Source: a phage. From it: DNA of 64,000 nt. The stretch lies in assembly GCA_024672275.1 (NCBI GenBank), contig GCA_024672275.1_4536.1, one strand, 5' to 3'. The notes under the pieces are model-generated. The model did not search any database and was not told the origin of the DNA. It saw nothing but the letters and a program-made list of their open reading frames with translations. Position 1 is the stretch's first letter; each line of letters begins with the position of its first letter. Positions 8,906 to 18,688 of the stretch are shown here, in pieces. The translations under genes and the position numbers were made by a program.

Positions 8906-8937
8906 TCCTCCTTATAAATGGCTTCCCTGCCATGTTA

Positions 8938-9696
8938 TTAAATAAACACTTCAGTAATCAGTTTAGACAAACGTCCACGTTTATTATCGTCCGTTGTCAG
9001 TTCAACGTATCCAATAAAATCTACAATTGGCTCACGAACACCTTCTTCATTTTCTGGATATAAAAGTTCCAAAATTTGATGCAGACCATTGCTACGTTTT
9101 TTAATTGCATATGTCTGGCGAACATCGCCTAATACAATAACATGCGTATTAATACCTGCACGTTCAATAAGAAGTTTAAGTGTTTCTGTTGACATAAGTT
9201 GTGCTTCGTCAATAATGACGATTGTATTATCCAGGGTAGCCCCTAACAAATAGTTAGGAATATTCAATTCGATCTTACCTGATCCAATATCGTTTTCCAA
9301 TTTGTTGGCTGTCATGAATTGCTGGAAAATACGTTTTGTAGATTCATAGTGTGCTGCTAGTTTATCTGTTTTATCCCCCGACAAGAAACCAATCTGATCA
9401 TCTCCGACTTCAGTAGGGTTCTTGATAAAAAGTAGTTTACGGAAGTCTCCTGAACGAAGCATCTGCAAAGCTTTCCATAAAGCAACAGAGGTTTTACCAG
9501 TCCCTGCCGGAGCATTTACAACAGTCAGATCATTCCAAATCATGCTTTGAACAATCTTATTTTGGTCCCCTTCAGGCATAAATTCATCTAAACGGTAATC
9601 GTCATTACCTACCGCTTTTGCTGCATAACGGCTTTCAATCTTTGCTGAATTAGCCAGTTTCTGCCGTTGTGTTTTAGCTGCGGTTTTATTTCCCAT
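8938..9696 (-). CDS. phoH: PhoH-like ATPase
   Basis: Walker A APAGTGKTS; start set to internal ATG (MGNKT) preceded by AAAAGGAG. Confidence 0.85.
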   Translation of the reverse strand: MGNKTAAKTQRQKLANSAKIESRYAAKAVGNDDYRLDEFMPEGDQNKIVQSMIWNDLTVVNAPAGTGKTSVALWKALQMLRSGDFRKLLFIKNPTEVGDDQIGFLSGDKTDKLAAHYESTKRIFQQFMTANKLENDIGSGKIELNIPNYLLGATLDNTIVIIDEAQLMSTETLKLLIERAGINTHVIVLGDVRQTYAIKKRSNGLHQILELLYPENEEGVREPIVDFIGYVELTTDDNKRGRLSKLITEVFI

Positions 9697-9715
9697 AGTA
9701 GCACTCCTTTTAGAA

Positions 9716-9729
9716 GGGGCCGAAGCCCC
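9716..9729. repeat. conserved hairpin element ggggc-cgaa-gcccc (copy 1)
   Basis: Identical 14-nt palindromic hairpin also at 14006-14019; lies between lysozyme stop and PhoH RBS. Confidence 0.6.
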
Positions 9730-9733
9730 TTTA

Positions 9734-10234
9734 TTAGTTGTAAGCATCTAAAGTTCCAGAAGTCAGAACTTTAATTACTCGTTCAGCACGGTTTGGCGTC
9801 TGGCTATACCATCGGCTTTTACGCATGTTTTTACCTGCTTGAGTATAATATGCATTGCTGATTAAAGTCAAGCTATTTTGAAACCCTTCAGCACCTTTTA
9901 ACCCCAACTGGAAAACCATGTTGATTATTCCCAATTTACGAGTATCACTAACCTTATCATAGATTGGTGATAAGATAGTACTGTTTTTTATGTCTCTCTT
10001 CACTTTTGCAACATCATCAGCAAAGATTTGACGGGCTTCTTTTTCTGTGATAACTCCATTAGTCTTACGACCAAGAAGATTATCTAAGATTTGAATAGCC
10101 TTTGCTTTATCTTTTATTTTAGTCAGAAGGTGTCCTATGCCGACTGTCCAATAACCAAGATGGTCTTGATAAACAGTAAGCTTCAGTCCTTCATCGACTC
10201 GTAGCATATCAAACTCATCTACTACTTTAGCCAT
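9734..10234 (-). CDS. endolysin, T4 lysozyme-like (GH24)
   Basis: EGLKLTVYQDHLGYWTVGIGHLL matches catalytic region of T4 lysozyme E. Confidence 0.85.
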   Translation of the reverse strand: MAKVVDEFDMLRVDEGLKLTVYQDHLGYWTVGIGHLLTKIKDKAKAIQILDNLLGRKTNGVITEKEARQIFADDVAKVKRDIKNSTILSPIYDKVSDTRKLGIINMVFQLGLKGAEGFQNSLTLISNAYYTQAGKNMRKSRWYSQTPNRAERVIKVLTSGTLDAYN

Positions 10235-10241
10235 TTACTTC

Positions 10242-10391
10242 CTATTCGTCGTCTCCTACTCCGTGATCCAACTCGTTAAACAACAGATGTTCTGGAGAAG
10301 TTTCACGTTTTGGTTTCGTTTTCTTTATGTTGGACTTCAGCTCATTTGCCAAAGCACGAGAAAAGATCTTACGTTTCTGTTTACTTTTCAT
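10242..10391 (-). CDS. small basic protein (49 aa)
   Basis: Own translation MKSKQKRKIFSRAL...; GGAG RBS; not in supplied ORF track (below size cutoff). Confidence 0.35.
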   Translation of the reverse strand: MKSKQKRKIFSRALANELKSNIKKTKPKRETSPEHLLFNELDHGVGDDE

Positions 10392-10396
10392 AATTG

Positions 10397-10657
10397 TTAC
10401 TCCGCAATTTGAGCCATGAGATCACGCAGTTCGGTAAAACCGCCTACGTATGTTACCTCCCCGTTCACTTCAGACAGAATTTGTGGAAATGTGCGTGGAG
10501 GAACTCCGGTAAGATCAACAACTGTTTTAGTCATTGATTCTAAATCATAGTCTTGATCAAGACTTAAATATTCAAACTGTTTATTGCGCATGGTTAATAG
10601 TTGTTTTGACATTTCGCAAAATTGACAGTTAGGTTTACCAAAAATTACAAATTCCAT
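10397..10657 (-). CDS. glutaredoxin (T4 NrdC-like)
   Basis: CQFC redox motif near N-terminus, about 86 aa, adjacent to RNR genes. Confidence 0.8.
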   Translation of the reverse strand: MEFVIFGKPNCQFCEMSKQLLTMRNKQFEYLSLDQDYDLESMTKTVVDLTGVPPRTFPQILSEVNGEVTYVGGFTELRDLMAQIAE

Positions 10658-11499
10658 TACCTCTCCTTATTAAGTAATACTGCTAAAGACTGTTCAATAC
10701 CTTTATTTAAATCTGATTTTGTAAGATAGTGACTGGTTACTAATTGTGACTTCACCGGACGTGCTGCTGGAGCATTATAGGTTGAAGCTGATACCGCCGA
10801 TATCTTAACAGGTTCTGGCATCTGTGTCAAGATCTTTTCCGCAAACTCCGCCCAAGAAATAAAATGGCTTCCTGCAAAATGGTAAGTCTTAACAGACCTT
10901 GACCAACCTGTTTTTAATACTTCAAAAATAGCTTCTGCTAAATCTGGAGCATATGTTGGACAAGAGAACTGATCAGCAACAATAATAAAATCACGTTGTC
11001 CATCGTTATAGCGAGACAACATCGTTTTTAGAAAGTTATTTCCAAATTCACTATATACCGAGGCTGTTCGAATAATATATGCATTTGGGTTAACTCCTCG
11101 CACCATTTTTTCACCAAGTTCTTTCGTATACCCATAATTGTTTATTGGGTTAGGTGTAGTATCTTCAAAAATAGGATGAGAATAATTAAAAATATAGTCT
11201 GTAGAAATATGCACAAAATCAATTTTAAGTTTGCTGCACACTGCCGCAATATTCGCAGGTCCATAAGCATTAACAGCCAAAGCAGTAGCAAAATCATGTT
11301 CTGCTTTATCTACAGCCGTATAAGCGGCGCAATTAATAACACCATCTACATAATCTTCAATAATAGCGTTTCGCACAGCTTCAAAATTTGTAATATCTAC
11401 ACGTTCTTTAGGATAAATTAAAGATACATTTGAAGGAGCCACTTTACGTAAAGCTTGTCCCAGTTGTCCATTACCACCCAATACCAGATATGTTAGCAT
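10657..11499 (-). CDS. rmlD: dTDP-4-dehydrorhamnose reductase (RmlD-like)
   Basis: GGNGQLG Rossmann motif, NCAAYTAVDKAE, STDYIF, YGYTK. Confidence 0.85.
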   Translation of the reverse strand: MLTYLVLGGNGQLGQALRKVAPSNVSLIYPKERVDITNFEAVRNAIIEDYVDGVINCAAYTAVDKAEHDFATALAVNAYGPANIAAVCSKLKIDFVHISTDYIFNYSHPIFEDTTPNPINNYGYTKELGEKMVRGVNPNAYIIRTASVYSEFGNNFLKTMLSRYNDGQRDFIIVADQFSCPTYAPDLAEAIFEVLKTGWSRSVKTYHFAGSHFISWAEFAEKILTQMPEPVKISAVSASTYNAPAARPVKSQLVTSHYLTKSDLNKGIEQSLAVLLNKER

Positions 11500-12059
11500 A
11501 CACCCTCACTACGCAACTGTTGAAAAGATTTAGCCATTGCATCTTTTGTTGATAAGATAGGTTTAAAACCTTCGTCAAAAATCATATCGAAGCCCCAATC
11601 GATCCCTATGTCAGGATCATCCCAACGTAAACTTTGTTCGCTAGAAGGGTCGTATGGAGTTGTGCATTTGTATTCAAAGATAGCGTCCATACTCAAAACT
11701 ATAAAACCATGTGCCAAACCAGGGGGAAGCCAAAACTGCGTATGGTGTCGTGCACGAAGAACAACACCGTCCCAAGCACCGTAAGTTGGACTATCTTTAC
11801 GTAAATCTACAGCGAAATCCAATACTTCTCCACTTACACAACGAACAAGCTTACCTTGCGGGTTATTTGTTTGAAAGTGCATTCCTCGCAAAACACCGAA
11901 GTTTGATTTAGACATATTGTCTTGAACGAAAGTTTGTTTACCAATGATATCTTCGTATTTTTGTTCATTGTATGTTTCTAAAAAGAAACCACGATCATCT
12001 TTATAAACGTCTGGTTTGATAATTACCGCACCTTCAATTTTTGTTTTTTCTACTTTCAT
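11493..12059 (-). CDS. rmlC: dTDP-4-dehydrorhamnose 3,5-epimerase (RmlC-like cupin)
   Basis: DDRGFF, LRGMHFQ, GKLVRCVSGEVLDFAVDLR signature. Confidence 0.85.
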   Translation of the reverse strand: MKVEKTKIEGAVIIKPDVYKDDRGFFLETYNEQKYEDIIGKQTFVQDNMSKSNFGVLRGMHFQTNNPQGKLVRCVSGEVLDFAVDLRKDSPTYGAWDGVVLRARHHTQFWLPPGLAHGFIVLSMDAIFEYKCTTPYDPSSEQSLRWDDPDIGIDWGFDMIFDEGFKPILSTKDAMAKSFQQLRSEGVC

Positions 12060-12068
12060 TTTCTCTCC

Positions 12069-12395
12069 TTACCAGACATGTTGAGAAATAATAGTTTCCG
12101 TTTTAATGTTATATTTTTCAAGTAGCTCTACATAGGCTTCTTTTGCATTCTCATTTACTTGCTCAAGATCTACAGCTACGCTTCCTTCTCCGCCTTCTAA
12201 ATAAATACCATATATGCAATAAGACTCATCAGCATCGTAGAAAGGAGAGATGCGACTTAAGTCAAGACCTTCTTGTAAGAACCAGTTAAAATCTCCATCA
12301 AATTCTTCTTCAATTCTAGGATCTTCTCCTACAACCTCTTCCCACTTATTAAAAGGTGCACCCTGTAACATACGCCATTCGATATCAATACCCAT
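12069..12395 (-). CDS. hypothetical acidic protein
   Basis: 108-aa ORF. Confidence 0.5.
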   Translation of the reverse strand: MGIDIEWRMLQGAPFNKWEEVVGEDPRIEEEFDGDFNWFLQEGLDLSRISPFYDADESYCIYGIYLEGGEGSVAVDLEQVNENAKEAYVELLEKYNIKTETIISQHVW

Positions 12396-12546
12396 TTTTC
12401 ATCTCCTCCTCTTCTTGAGCAGCTTTAATAATTGCTTCATAAATATCGTAAGCAATGCCTCCACAACATCTAGCTTCGAAAGCTATTGCTTCTGCAATAT
12501 GATCTGTTAATTCTCGTGGAATTCGGACATACTCTTTTTCACTCTC
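12385..12546 (-). CDS. small hypothetical protein (about 53 aa)
   Basis: Own translation MESEKEYVRIPREL...; GGAGG RBS; overlaps next gene start; not in track. Confidence 0.3.
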   Translation of the reverse strand, partial: ESEKEYVRIPRELTDHIAEAIAFEARCCGGIAYDIYEAIIKAAQEEEEMKNGY

Positions 12547-12691
12547 CATCTTCTACCTCCAACCCTTCTTTTTCAAAGACTACTACTCGTCCTTCACCAT
12601 GACAATTCAGGCAAGGAAATGTTACCATAATTTCCACTTCCATCTGTCCAGTCCCACCACACACAGGACAAAAAATAAGTTTTTCAGCCAT
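12470..12691 (-). CDS. small zinc-finger protein with two CxxCxGxG repeats
   Basis: Own translation MAEKLIFCPVCGGTGQMEV...FPCLNCHGEG; start overlaps upstream stop (TAATG); not in track; 3' end overlaps the MESEKEY ORF. Confidence 0.35.
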
Positions 12692-12900
12692 TATTCCTCC
12701 TTAATTATTTCAAACTTGGCAACACCATTTACAATAATATGACCACAAGACATAACTCCTAGCCAAGGATCGCCGTTTTTCTTCAGGCGTTTACCGAATA
12801 CATCACAAAAACCATTCTTCATTTCGGAGGCTTCATAAGAAGCCCCTTTGTCAAAAACGTCTTTGAATGTGTCGATTATACCAACACATCTCAAAATCAT
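12691..12900 (-). CDS. hypothetical protein
   Basis: 69-aa ORF. Confidence 0.45.
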   Translation of the reverse strand: MILRCVGIIDTFKDVFDKGASYEASEMKNGFCDVFGKRLKKNGDPWLGVMSCGHIIVNGVAKFEIIKEE

Positions 12901-13985
12901 TAGAAGTCAAGCTCCTCATCATCAGAGAGATCTTTGTTAGCTGAATTCAATTTGTAATTAGTTAACTGAATCTCTTGGGCTGCTGACTGAATCAAATCAG
13001 GATTCAACCATTTTTCCATCCAAGCTAAAGGACTATGTTTAGGTGCTTTAAACTTAGCTTTCATTTTCAATCGACGATAAATAGGAGCAGCATTGAAATA
13101 AACCCACTGTTTAGACAATTCAGCGTTAAGACCTACAATAAAACGACCTTCACTAAACAGGTAGTCACACCACTGTTCCTCTTGTTCAACAACAGTGTCG
13201 AGGATCAAAGTCAACTCTTCAATATTGTCTTCGTAAATTTTACGCCAAATTGGGTCATGCAGCAATGCATCAATTACAGCATAATCCATCTTAACATGCA
13301 AGATTTCATCTAGCATAATTTTCTGGATCAGTTTACAAGCCCCAACAAACAGTTGTTGTTCTGCCATAGCAAAAGTAGCAGAGAAGGAAGATATAAACTG
13401 AATACCTTCTAATCCAATCAGGGCTACCATCCCTTTAAGAATCAGCAGTCGAAGTTCATCGTTAGCTTCAATCAATCCTAGAGCATACTTATGACCAGCT
13501 TCTTCCAACTGACCCATGATATCAGCAATGATACCCATACGATTGAAAATTTTATCATTAATCATAATCTGATTGATGACTTCAATTGGATCTGGAGTAC
13601 ATTGACGGATTATTTCAGAATACGTTAACGCATGGAGAACTTCCATTTCACTCTGCTTCATCATCATAGCACAGGCTTCATTGTTACTCAAGAATGGAGA
13701 GAACAAAGTGATGATTGATTTTGCAAGAGAATCATTTTCCCATTGGAACGATAAGTTTTTAATCATAACATCATAGTTGTTTTTAGAACAAGCTACGAAA
13801 TCTTTACGTGTCTGATCCAGATTAACTTCGTTTTCATCCCAATCTTGTGCTTTTTGAAGTTTGTAGAGTTTGTGCATTTCTGGATAAGTTACGTTAACAG
13901 AATCAAAGATCCCTAATTGTTCCCCTAAAAATACTGGATATTTTCCTGTTTTGTAAACTTCGTTATGTAAATTAATTGCTGCCAT
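12900..13985 (-). CDS. nrdB: ribonucleotide reductase class Ia small subunit
   Basis: 361 aa; ferritin-like EVLHALTYSEII region; adjacent to large subunit. Confidence 0.85.
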   Translation of the reverse strand: MAAINLHNEVYKTGKYPVFLGEQLGIFDSVNVTYPEMHKLYKLQKAQDWDENEVNLDQTRKDFVACSKNNYDVMIKNLSFQWENDSLAKSIITLFSPFLSNNEACAMMMKQSEMEVLHALTYSEIIRQCTPDPIEVINQIMINDKIFNRMGIIADIMGQLEEAGHKYALGLIEANDELRLLILKGMVALIGLEGIQFISSFSATFAMAEQQLFVGACKLIQKIMLDEILHVKMDYAVIDALLHDPIWRKIYEDNIEELTLILDTVVEQEEQWCDYLFSEGRFIVGLNAELSKQWVYFNAAPIYRRLKMKAKFKAPKHSPLAWMEKWLNPDLIQSAAQEIQLTNYKLNSANKDLSDDEELDF

Positions 13986-14001
13986 TTAAATCCTCCTCAA
14001 T

Positions 14002-14019
14002 AAAAGGGGCCGAAGCCCC
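14002..14019 (-). terminator. hairpin ggggc-ttcg-gcccc + U-run between nrdA and nrdB (copy 2 of conserved element)
   Basis: Minus-strand hairpin followed by ttttatt; likely partial terminator. Confidence 0.55.
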
Positions 14020-14051
14020 TTTACGTTTACCCTTCTTCACCTGTTCTCCTA

Positions 14052-16295
14052 CTACATTTTACAGGCACTACACCCTTCGTCTTCAGAATCTTCTTGTGCT
14101 AAAGAGTCTGCTGATTTTGTTCTACTATTAAGGTAATACAATGACTTGCCACCCAATCTGGCAAAATTCAGAATAAACTGCATCTCAGCTTTCACTGATA
14201 AACGTCCACCTACCAATTTAGAATAATCTAGCCAAGAATCACAAGAAATTCCTTGGTCCGTGAATTTGGTAAAGATACCATACATTTCTGCAAGATCTTT
14301 AGCCGGAGTATCCCAGGCGGATTGGTAGAACATTTTCAGTTTTTCGTAGTCTGGAACAATAAATAATACACTACCTTTCTGACTTTGTTTATACATGATA
14401 GTATCACGAACAGGATACAGAGAGTTAGTAGTATTGCTTACCAAACTGCTGGACTCATTAGGTGCAATAGCAGCCAAAACACTGTTACGGATACCACCTT
14501 GTTCAATGATTTCAGCACGTAAGCCTTCCCAGTCCATTTTAAGATCGAAATTACCGATACTATCTACTGTTTTAGCATAAGTATCAATTGGTAGCCAACC
14601 TTGAGGCCATTTGGTCTTATCGATCCACTCCGCATTACCTTTTTCCTTAGCCAGGCGCAGAGAGGCTTTTGCCAACCAAAAGTAATGACGTTCTGCAAGT
14701 TCATGCATTAATTTTTTAGCATAAGCATCTGAATAATTTACAAAATTACTTGCCAAGTAATGCGCTAAGTTTGTAATGCCTACACCAATAGATCTACGTG
14801 CTTTAGCAGTTATTTCGTTATGTTTAAATGGATAATCCATTGTTTCAATAACGTTGTCAATTGTCAATACAGCGTAGTATGCAACATCTTCATATTCTTC
14901 AGGTAATACACGACCAGCAACAATAGAAGATAAGAAACATAAAGCCAATTCTTGATCTTCAGTATTCTCACCAGTAAAGAGATCCGGCATATTGTGGAAA
15001 GCTTTAGTCGGTAAGAAAATCTCTTGACACAGATTTGATTGATACACCGTATCCAGGAAAGGTGTATGGTTGTTAACGTTGTCAGCAAAGAACATGTAAA
15101 TACGTCCTGTTTCTGCACGTTGAACAATAATCTCTGTCAGAAGATCACGAGCCTTAACAAATTTTTTCTTAATGCGACGACGGCTTACTTTGTCATAAAC
15201 TGCATCAAACTCTTCTTCACTTTTATACAAAGCTTCATAAAGTTCAGGAGCATCATCACAACTAACTAACATCCAATCTTCGTTTTTTGCTGCTCGACGC
15301 AAGAATGAACGGTTAACAACAATAGAATAATCCAGTTTGTCTACTCGTTTATCTATAGGTGTTGTTGGATTCTTCAGTCGAATCAGATCATCAAAGTCTG
15401 GTTCAAGTATGGTGAAGGTAACTGTAGCACTACCTCCACGGCTTGCTTGCTTCGAAGCTCCAACACTATCTTCCATCCATTTCAGATACGGAAGAAGACC
15501 ACCATGAATAATACGATTATTCTTAACACCTTGACCTGTGGCACGAGTTTGAAGATTAACACCAATACCTGCGTTATTCAACGTATACTCATGAGCTAAG
15601 TAGTTAGCAATGGCTAAAGACTCTGCCGTATCGTCTGCACGGAATAAACAACAAGACGCACTTCCTTTGATTGGAGTTCGTAGAGTTGTCAGATACGGCG
15701 ATGGCAGATTAATCTTAAGATCGCTAACATAAGTATAAAGTTTTTTAATATCTTCTATACGGCGTTCTTTTGGTTGGATCTCCATAACCTTCATTGCGAT
15801 ACCAATGAAAAGAAACTGTGGAGACTCATGCACAACATCGTTTACTGCATCTCGAATAAGATATTTATCTACCATCTGACGTAAAACAGAATAACCATAA
15901 GTTAGATTTTTATTATGCTTTACAATCTTACCGATTTCTTTGATCTCTTCATCAGTATAATCCATTTTAGCCCAATGTCCACGTTCTACCATATCATGAT
16001 AAAAGGTATTCAGTGAAGGGATACTGTGGTATCCCCCATGAGCCTGTTTGTAAATCATACCCAGAAGAAGTCTTCCTGCCATATCACTGTAAGCTTGTGT
16101 TTTCTTGTCAATACACGCTGCAATCATTGCTTTATGCAGATCACGTGTAGACACACCGTCATAACACCGCTTCACAGCTTCTAATTCAATTTCAGACCAG
16201 TTTAGTTTACCTGCTGCAAATTCAGACCACTTGCGAAGTTTTTCTGGATTAAACTCCTCTGTCTTACCGTTAGATTTAGTTACAAAACGAATCAA
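14052..16295 (-). CDS. nrdA: ribonucleotide reductase class Ia large subunit
   Basis: 747 aa; NLCQEIFLP active-site region, C-terminal CSACKM tail. Confidence 0.9.
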   Translation of the reverse strand: MIRFVTKSNGKTEEFNPEKLRKWSEFAAGKLNWSEIELEAVKRCYDGVSTRDLHKAMIAACIDKKTQAYSDMAGRLLLGMIYKQAHGGYHSIPSLNTFYHDMVERGHWAKMDYTDEEIKEIGKIVKHNKNLTYGYSVLRQMVDKYLIRDAVNDVVHESPQFLFIGIAMKVMEIQPKERRIEDIKKLYTYVSDLKINLPSPYLTTLRTPIKGSASCCLFRADDTAESLAIANYLAHEYTLNNAGIGVNLQTRATGQGVKNNRIIHGGLLPYLKWMEDSVGASKQASRGGSATVTFTILEPDFDDLIRLKNPTTPIDKRVDKLDYSIVVNRSFLRRAAKNEDWMLVSCDDAPELYEALYKSEEEFDAVYDKVSRRRIKKKFVKARDLLTEIIVQRAETGRIYMFFADNVNNHTPFLDTVYQSNLCQEIFLPTKAFHNMPDLFTGENTEDQELALCFLSSIVAGRVLPEEYEDVAYYAVLTIDNVIETMDYPFKHNEITAKARRSIGVGITNLAHYLASNFVNYSDAYAKKLMHELAERHYFWLAKASLRLAKEKGNAEWIDKTKWPQGWLPIDTYAKTVDSIGNFDLKMDWEGLRAEIIEQGGIRNSVLAAIAPNESSSLVSNTTNSLYPVRDTIMYKQSQKGSVLFIVPDYEKLKMFYQSAWDTPAKDLAEMYGIFTKFTDQGISCDSWLDYSKLVGGRLSVKAEMQFILNFARLGGKSLYYLNSRTKSADSLAQEDSEDEGCSACKM

Positions 16296-16311
16296 CTTCT
16301 CCTCCCTATTA

Positions 16312-16566
16312 TTAATGCATATTCAAAACATCTACATCATAACCGAACTTCATTTCATTAAAAAGTCCATTAGCATATAGAAAACCTTCAAAATGAGTTA
16401 TGTCATCAAACCCTTTTGCTTTTGCTCGACGATCTGCTTCTTGTCTTTTAGGAGATAAACGTTTTGAAGTGTCTAGAATTACAGTTACATTACAACCAAC
16501 AGTTTCATCAAAATAGACTTCGATTTCACAGCCTTCATATTTATTATCAGTCATTGTCCCTCTCAT
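16312..16566 (-). CDS. hypothetical protein
   Basis: 84-aa ORF. Confidence 0.5.
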   Translation of the reverse strand: MRGTMTDNKYEGCEIEVYFDETVGCNVTVILDTSKRLSPKRQEADRRAKAKGFDDITHFEGFLYANGLFNEMKFGYDVDVLNMH

Positions 16567-16973
16567 TGATTAGTATCATCTGCTTTCGCAGGATCATAAG
16601 AGTTACCGAAATCATCCATCTTAATATGTGACGCACCCCAACCTGTAAATTCTTCATCACCAAAATGAAAAATATCATTTTCTTGGTAGATTCGTTTAAA
16701 ACCACAATTAGGTGAAACAGGGAAAGTGAAAAGCGTTGTATTTGCAAACACTACTCGCTTATCGTTATTGCTTCGGATATTCACATTACGCTCAACAGAA
16801 TAGTGTGAATCTTCAGCCATACCCAGCATTACAAGCGACGCTCTAATAACAGCATTTTGTTTCTCGTGTGGGATATTACCATTGTGTTTATTTGATTCTA
16901 GTTTCCAGATAGGGGTAGACATTACAGTAGACATGCTTACGGTAGCCCAAGTTGTAGTATTTACTAATGACAT
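16563..16973 (-). CDS. hypothetical protein
   Basis: Start set to ATG (MSLVN) after GAAGGAG RBS. Confidence 0.5.
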   Translation of the reverse strand: MSLVNTTTWATVSMSTVMSTPIWKLESNKHNGNIPHEKQNAVIRASLVMLGMAEDSHYSVERNVNIRSNNDKRVVFANTTLFTFPVSPNCGFKRIYQENDIFHFGDEEFTGWGASHIKMDDFGNSYDPAKADDTNQ

Positions 16974-17027
16974 ATTTTCTCCTTCATTTTGAATGGGAGG
17001 ACTCACCTCCTCCCAGTATTGTGCTAT

Positions 17028-17055
17028 ATTATACTAAAACTAATACTAAAGTCAA
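17028..17055 (-). promoter_or_regulatory. sigma70 consensus-like promoter (TTGACT-16-TATAAT) followed by 7-bp leader hairpin
   Basis: Minus strand ttgact ttagtattagttttag tataat, then gggagga-ggtgag-tcctccc, then RBS. Confidence 0.55.
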
Positions 17056-17071
17056 TAACTATTTAAACAGA

Positions 17072-18070
17072 TCACCATTTAGTATGATTTGTTAAAAGTT
17101 GACGATGTTGAATCCAGCCTTTGAAATTGCCAGACCAAAACTTACCATTACGATCTACATGGGTAATACCTGGTTCCCAAGAGTTAGAATCCCAAGGAGC
17201 ATTGATAAACAAATCTTCAAAACAGTTCTCTCCATATTGTTCGCATGTTTCTTGCATTGGAGTGGCTTGATGTTCAAACGGAGAAGCATGAACCTTGCGC
17301 CCAGTCAGCAAACGACCATAGATATCTAAAGCTTTATCTTTAGTTGCATTTAAACGACGATAGCTAACCTGTGCACAACACGAAGCTGAAATAGCTTTGG
17401 CTTCTTCCAAAGTAAGCACAACAACTTCTCCAGATTCATCTTGAACGTAGTATCCACCAAAAACAAAATGATCGTCACCTTCTGTGCCAATATTATCATA
17501 GAAATGGTCTACATAAGGTGTGTGCCATTGCCCTGGTTTCAGCACTTCTGGTGTAGATTCTTCATACTCTTTGTGCATCTCTTTAGCCAAAGCTTCGATA
17601 GTAGGATCGGCTTCTTTGTCATCACGTAGCCACCAGAAATTTTCATATTCTGTTGCTGTCAGAACTGTTTTAATTCGTTGGAAAGGTTCCAGAAGACGGT
17701 TTGCAACTTGTTTGTGGTACCCTGCCAAAGAGAATTCTTCTGCAAAACGTGCTGCACTAAGCGCGGCAAGATCCCACCACTCTTGAGCAGTATAACCTGC
17801 ATCAATAAGAGCGTCATGATCAACACCTTTATCCTGCATACCAGGTTGGTTAGCCCCAAAACGATAAGGACGAGCAGGTTGATTTCGCACCATTTCAATC
17901 AGTGTTTTAACAGGTATAGCACGGCTAGAAGCAGCATTACGACTGAACAGGCGGTGAGTCATCAATTCTGAATGAATAATACGTGGATATTCTAGTTCAA
18001 AAGTTACAATCTCTTTTCCGTCTTCAGTGATGGAATGCGCAATAATACTAGCCGAAATCTGTTTTGTCAT
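17072..18070 (-). CDS. ThyX-like protein (flavin-dependent thymidylate synthase family), divergent
   Basis: THRLFSRNAASSRA resembles RHRx7S ThyX signature; HASPFEH near C-terminus resembles ThyX HxxPFEH but in unusual order; 332 aa is long for ThyX. Confidence 0.45.
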   Translation of the reverse strand: MTKQISASIIAHSITEDGKEIVTFELEYPRIIHSELMTHRLFSRNAASSRAIPVKTLIEMVRNQPARPYRFGANQPGMQDKGVDHDALIDAGYTAQEWWDLAALSAARFAEEFSLAGYHKQVANRLLEPFQRIKTVLTATEYENFWWLRDDKEADPTIEALAKEMHKEYEESTPEVLKPGQWHTPYVDHFYDNIGTEGDDHFVFGGYYVQDESGEVVVLTLEEAKAISASCCAQVSYRRLNATKDKALDIYGRLLTGRKVHASPFEHQATPMQETCEQYGENCFEDLFINAPWDSNSWEPGITHVDRNGKFWSGNFKGWIQHRQLLTNHTKW

Positions 18071-18079
18071 TTTTTCTCC

Positions 18080-18688
18080 TTAGTTTTTAAAATTGTTCAA
18101 AGTGTTAAAAACATCCAAACATGTTAGCCACTGATCTTCTAAACTTGTGATCACAACATTTGGTTTTTTCTTTAGTTCTTCTAGATGGTTATCTTTATAA
18201 GGCGTATTAAAATATATTTTAACCACTTCATCTGGAAAATATAGTAGGTTATCAGCCCTGTCATCTATTGCTATGTCACAAGGCAATAAGTATTTTTCTT
18301 TCGTAGCAAAAAAGCCGTTGCCAGATCCTTTGCTAAAATCAATCGTATCTAATGTTCTTAAAACATGCTTATGTTTAGAACTTAAGTGACCACCTTTTGT
18401 CACACTTGCGATCAAAAGATTGCTACCTTTTCTTGAAACATACTTTAAGAAATCTGGCATACCTGTAACAAAACCCATCGTATCATAGAGATGAGGATTA
18501 TCCAGAAATCCGTAAGGATCTATGTTGAACTCTTCCCTGAAACCAGGAAAATAGTTGGTAAGATCGTAATCTGCATTTTTTGTGAATGTGTCGATTTTAA
18601 CACCAAGGCCACTAATCTTATTCAACCATTCTAACCAAGCAACATCTAACGGAGCCACAACTAAATCCCAATCACATACTATCTGCAT
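18080..18688 (-). CDS. hypothetical protein (possible HAD-like hydrolase)
   Basis: 202-aa ORF; N-terminal VCDWDLV weakly resembles HAD motif I. Confidence 0.45.
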   Translation of the reverse strand: MQIVCDWDLVVAPLDVAWLEWLNKISGLGVKIDTFTKNADYDLTNYFPGFREEFNIDPYGFLDNPHLYDTMGFVTGMPDFLKYVSRKGSNLLIASVTKGGHLSSKHKHVLRTLDTIDFSKGSGNGFFATKEKYLLPCDIAIDDRADNLLYFPDEVVKIYFNTPYKDNHLEELKKKPNVVITSLEDQWLTCLDVFNTLNNFKN

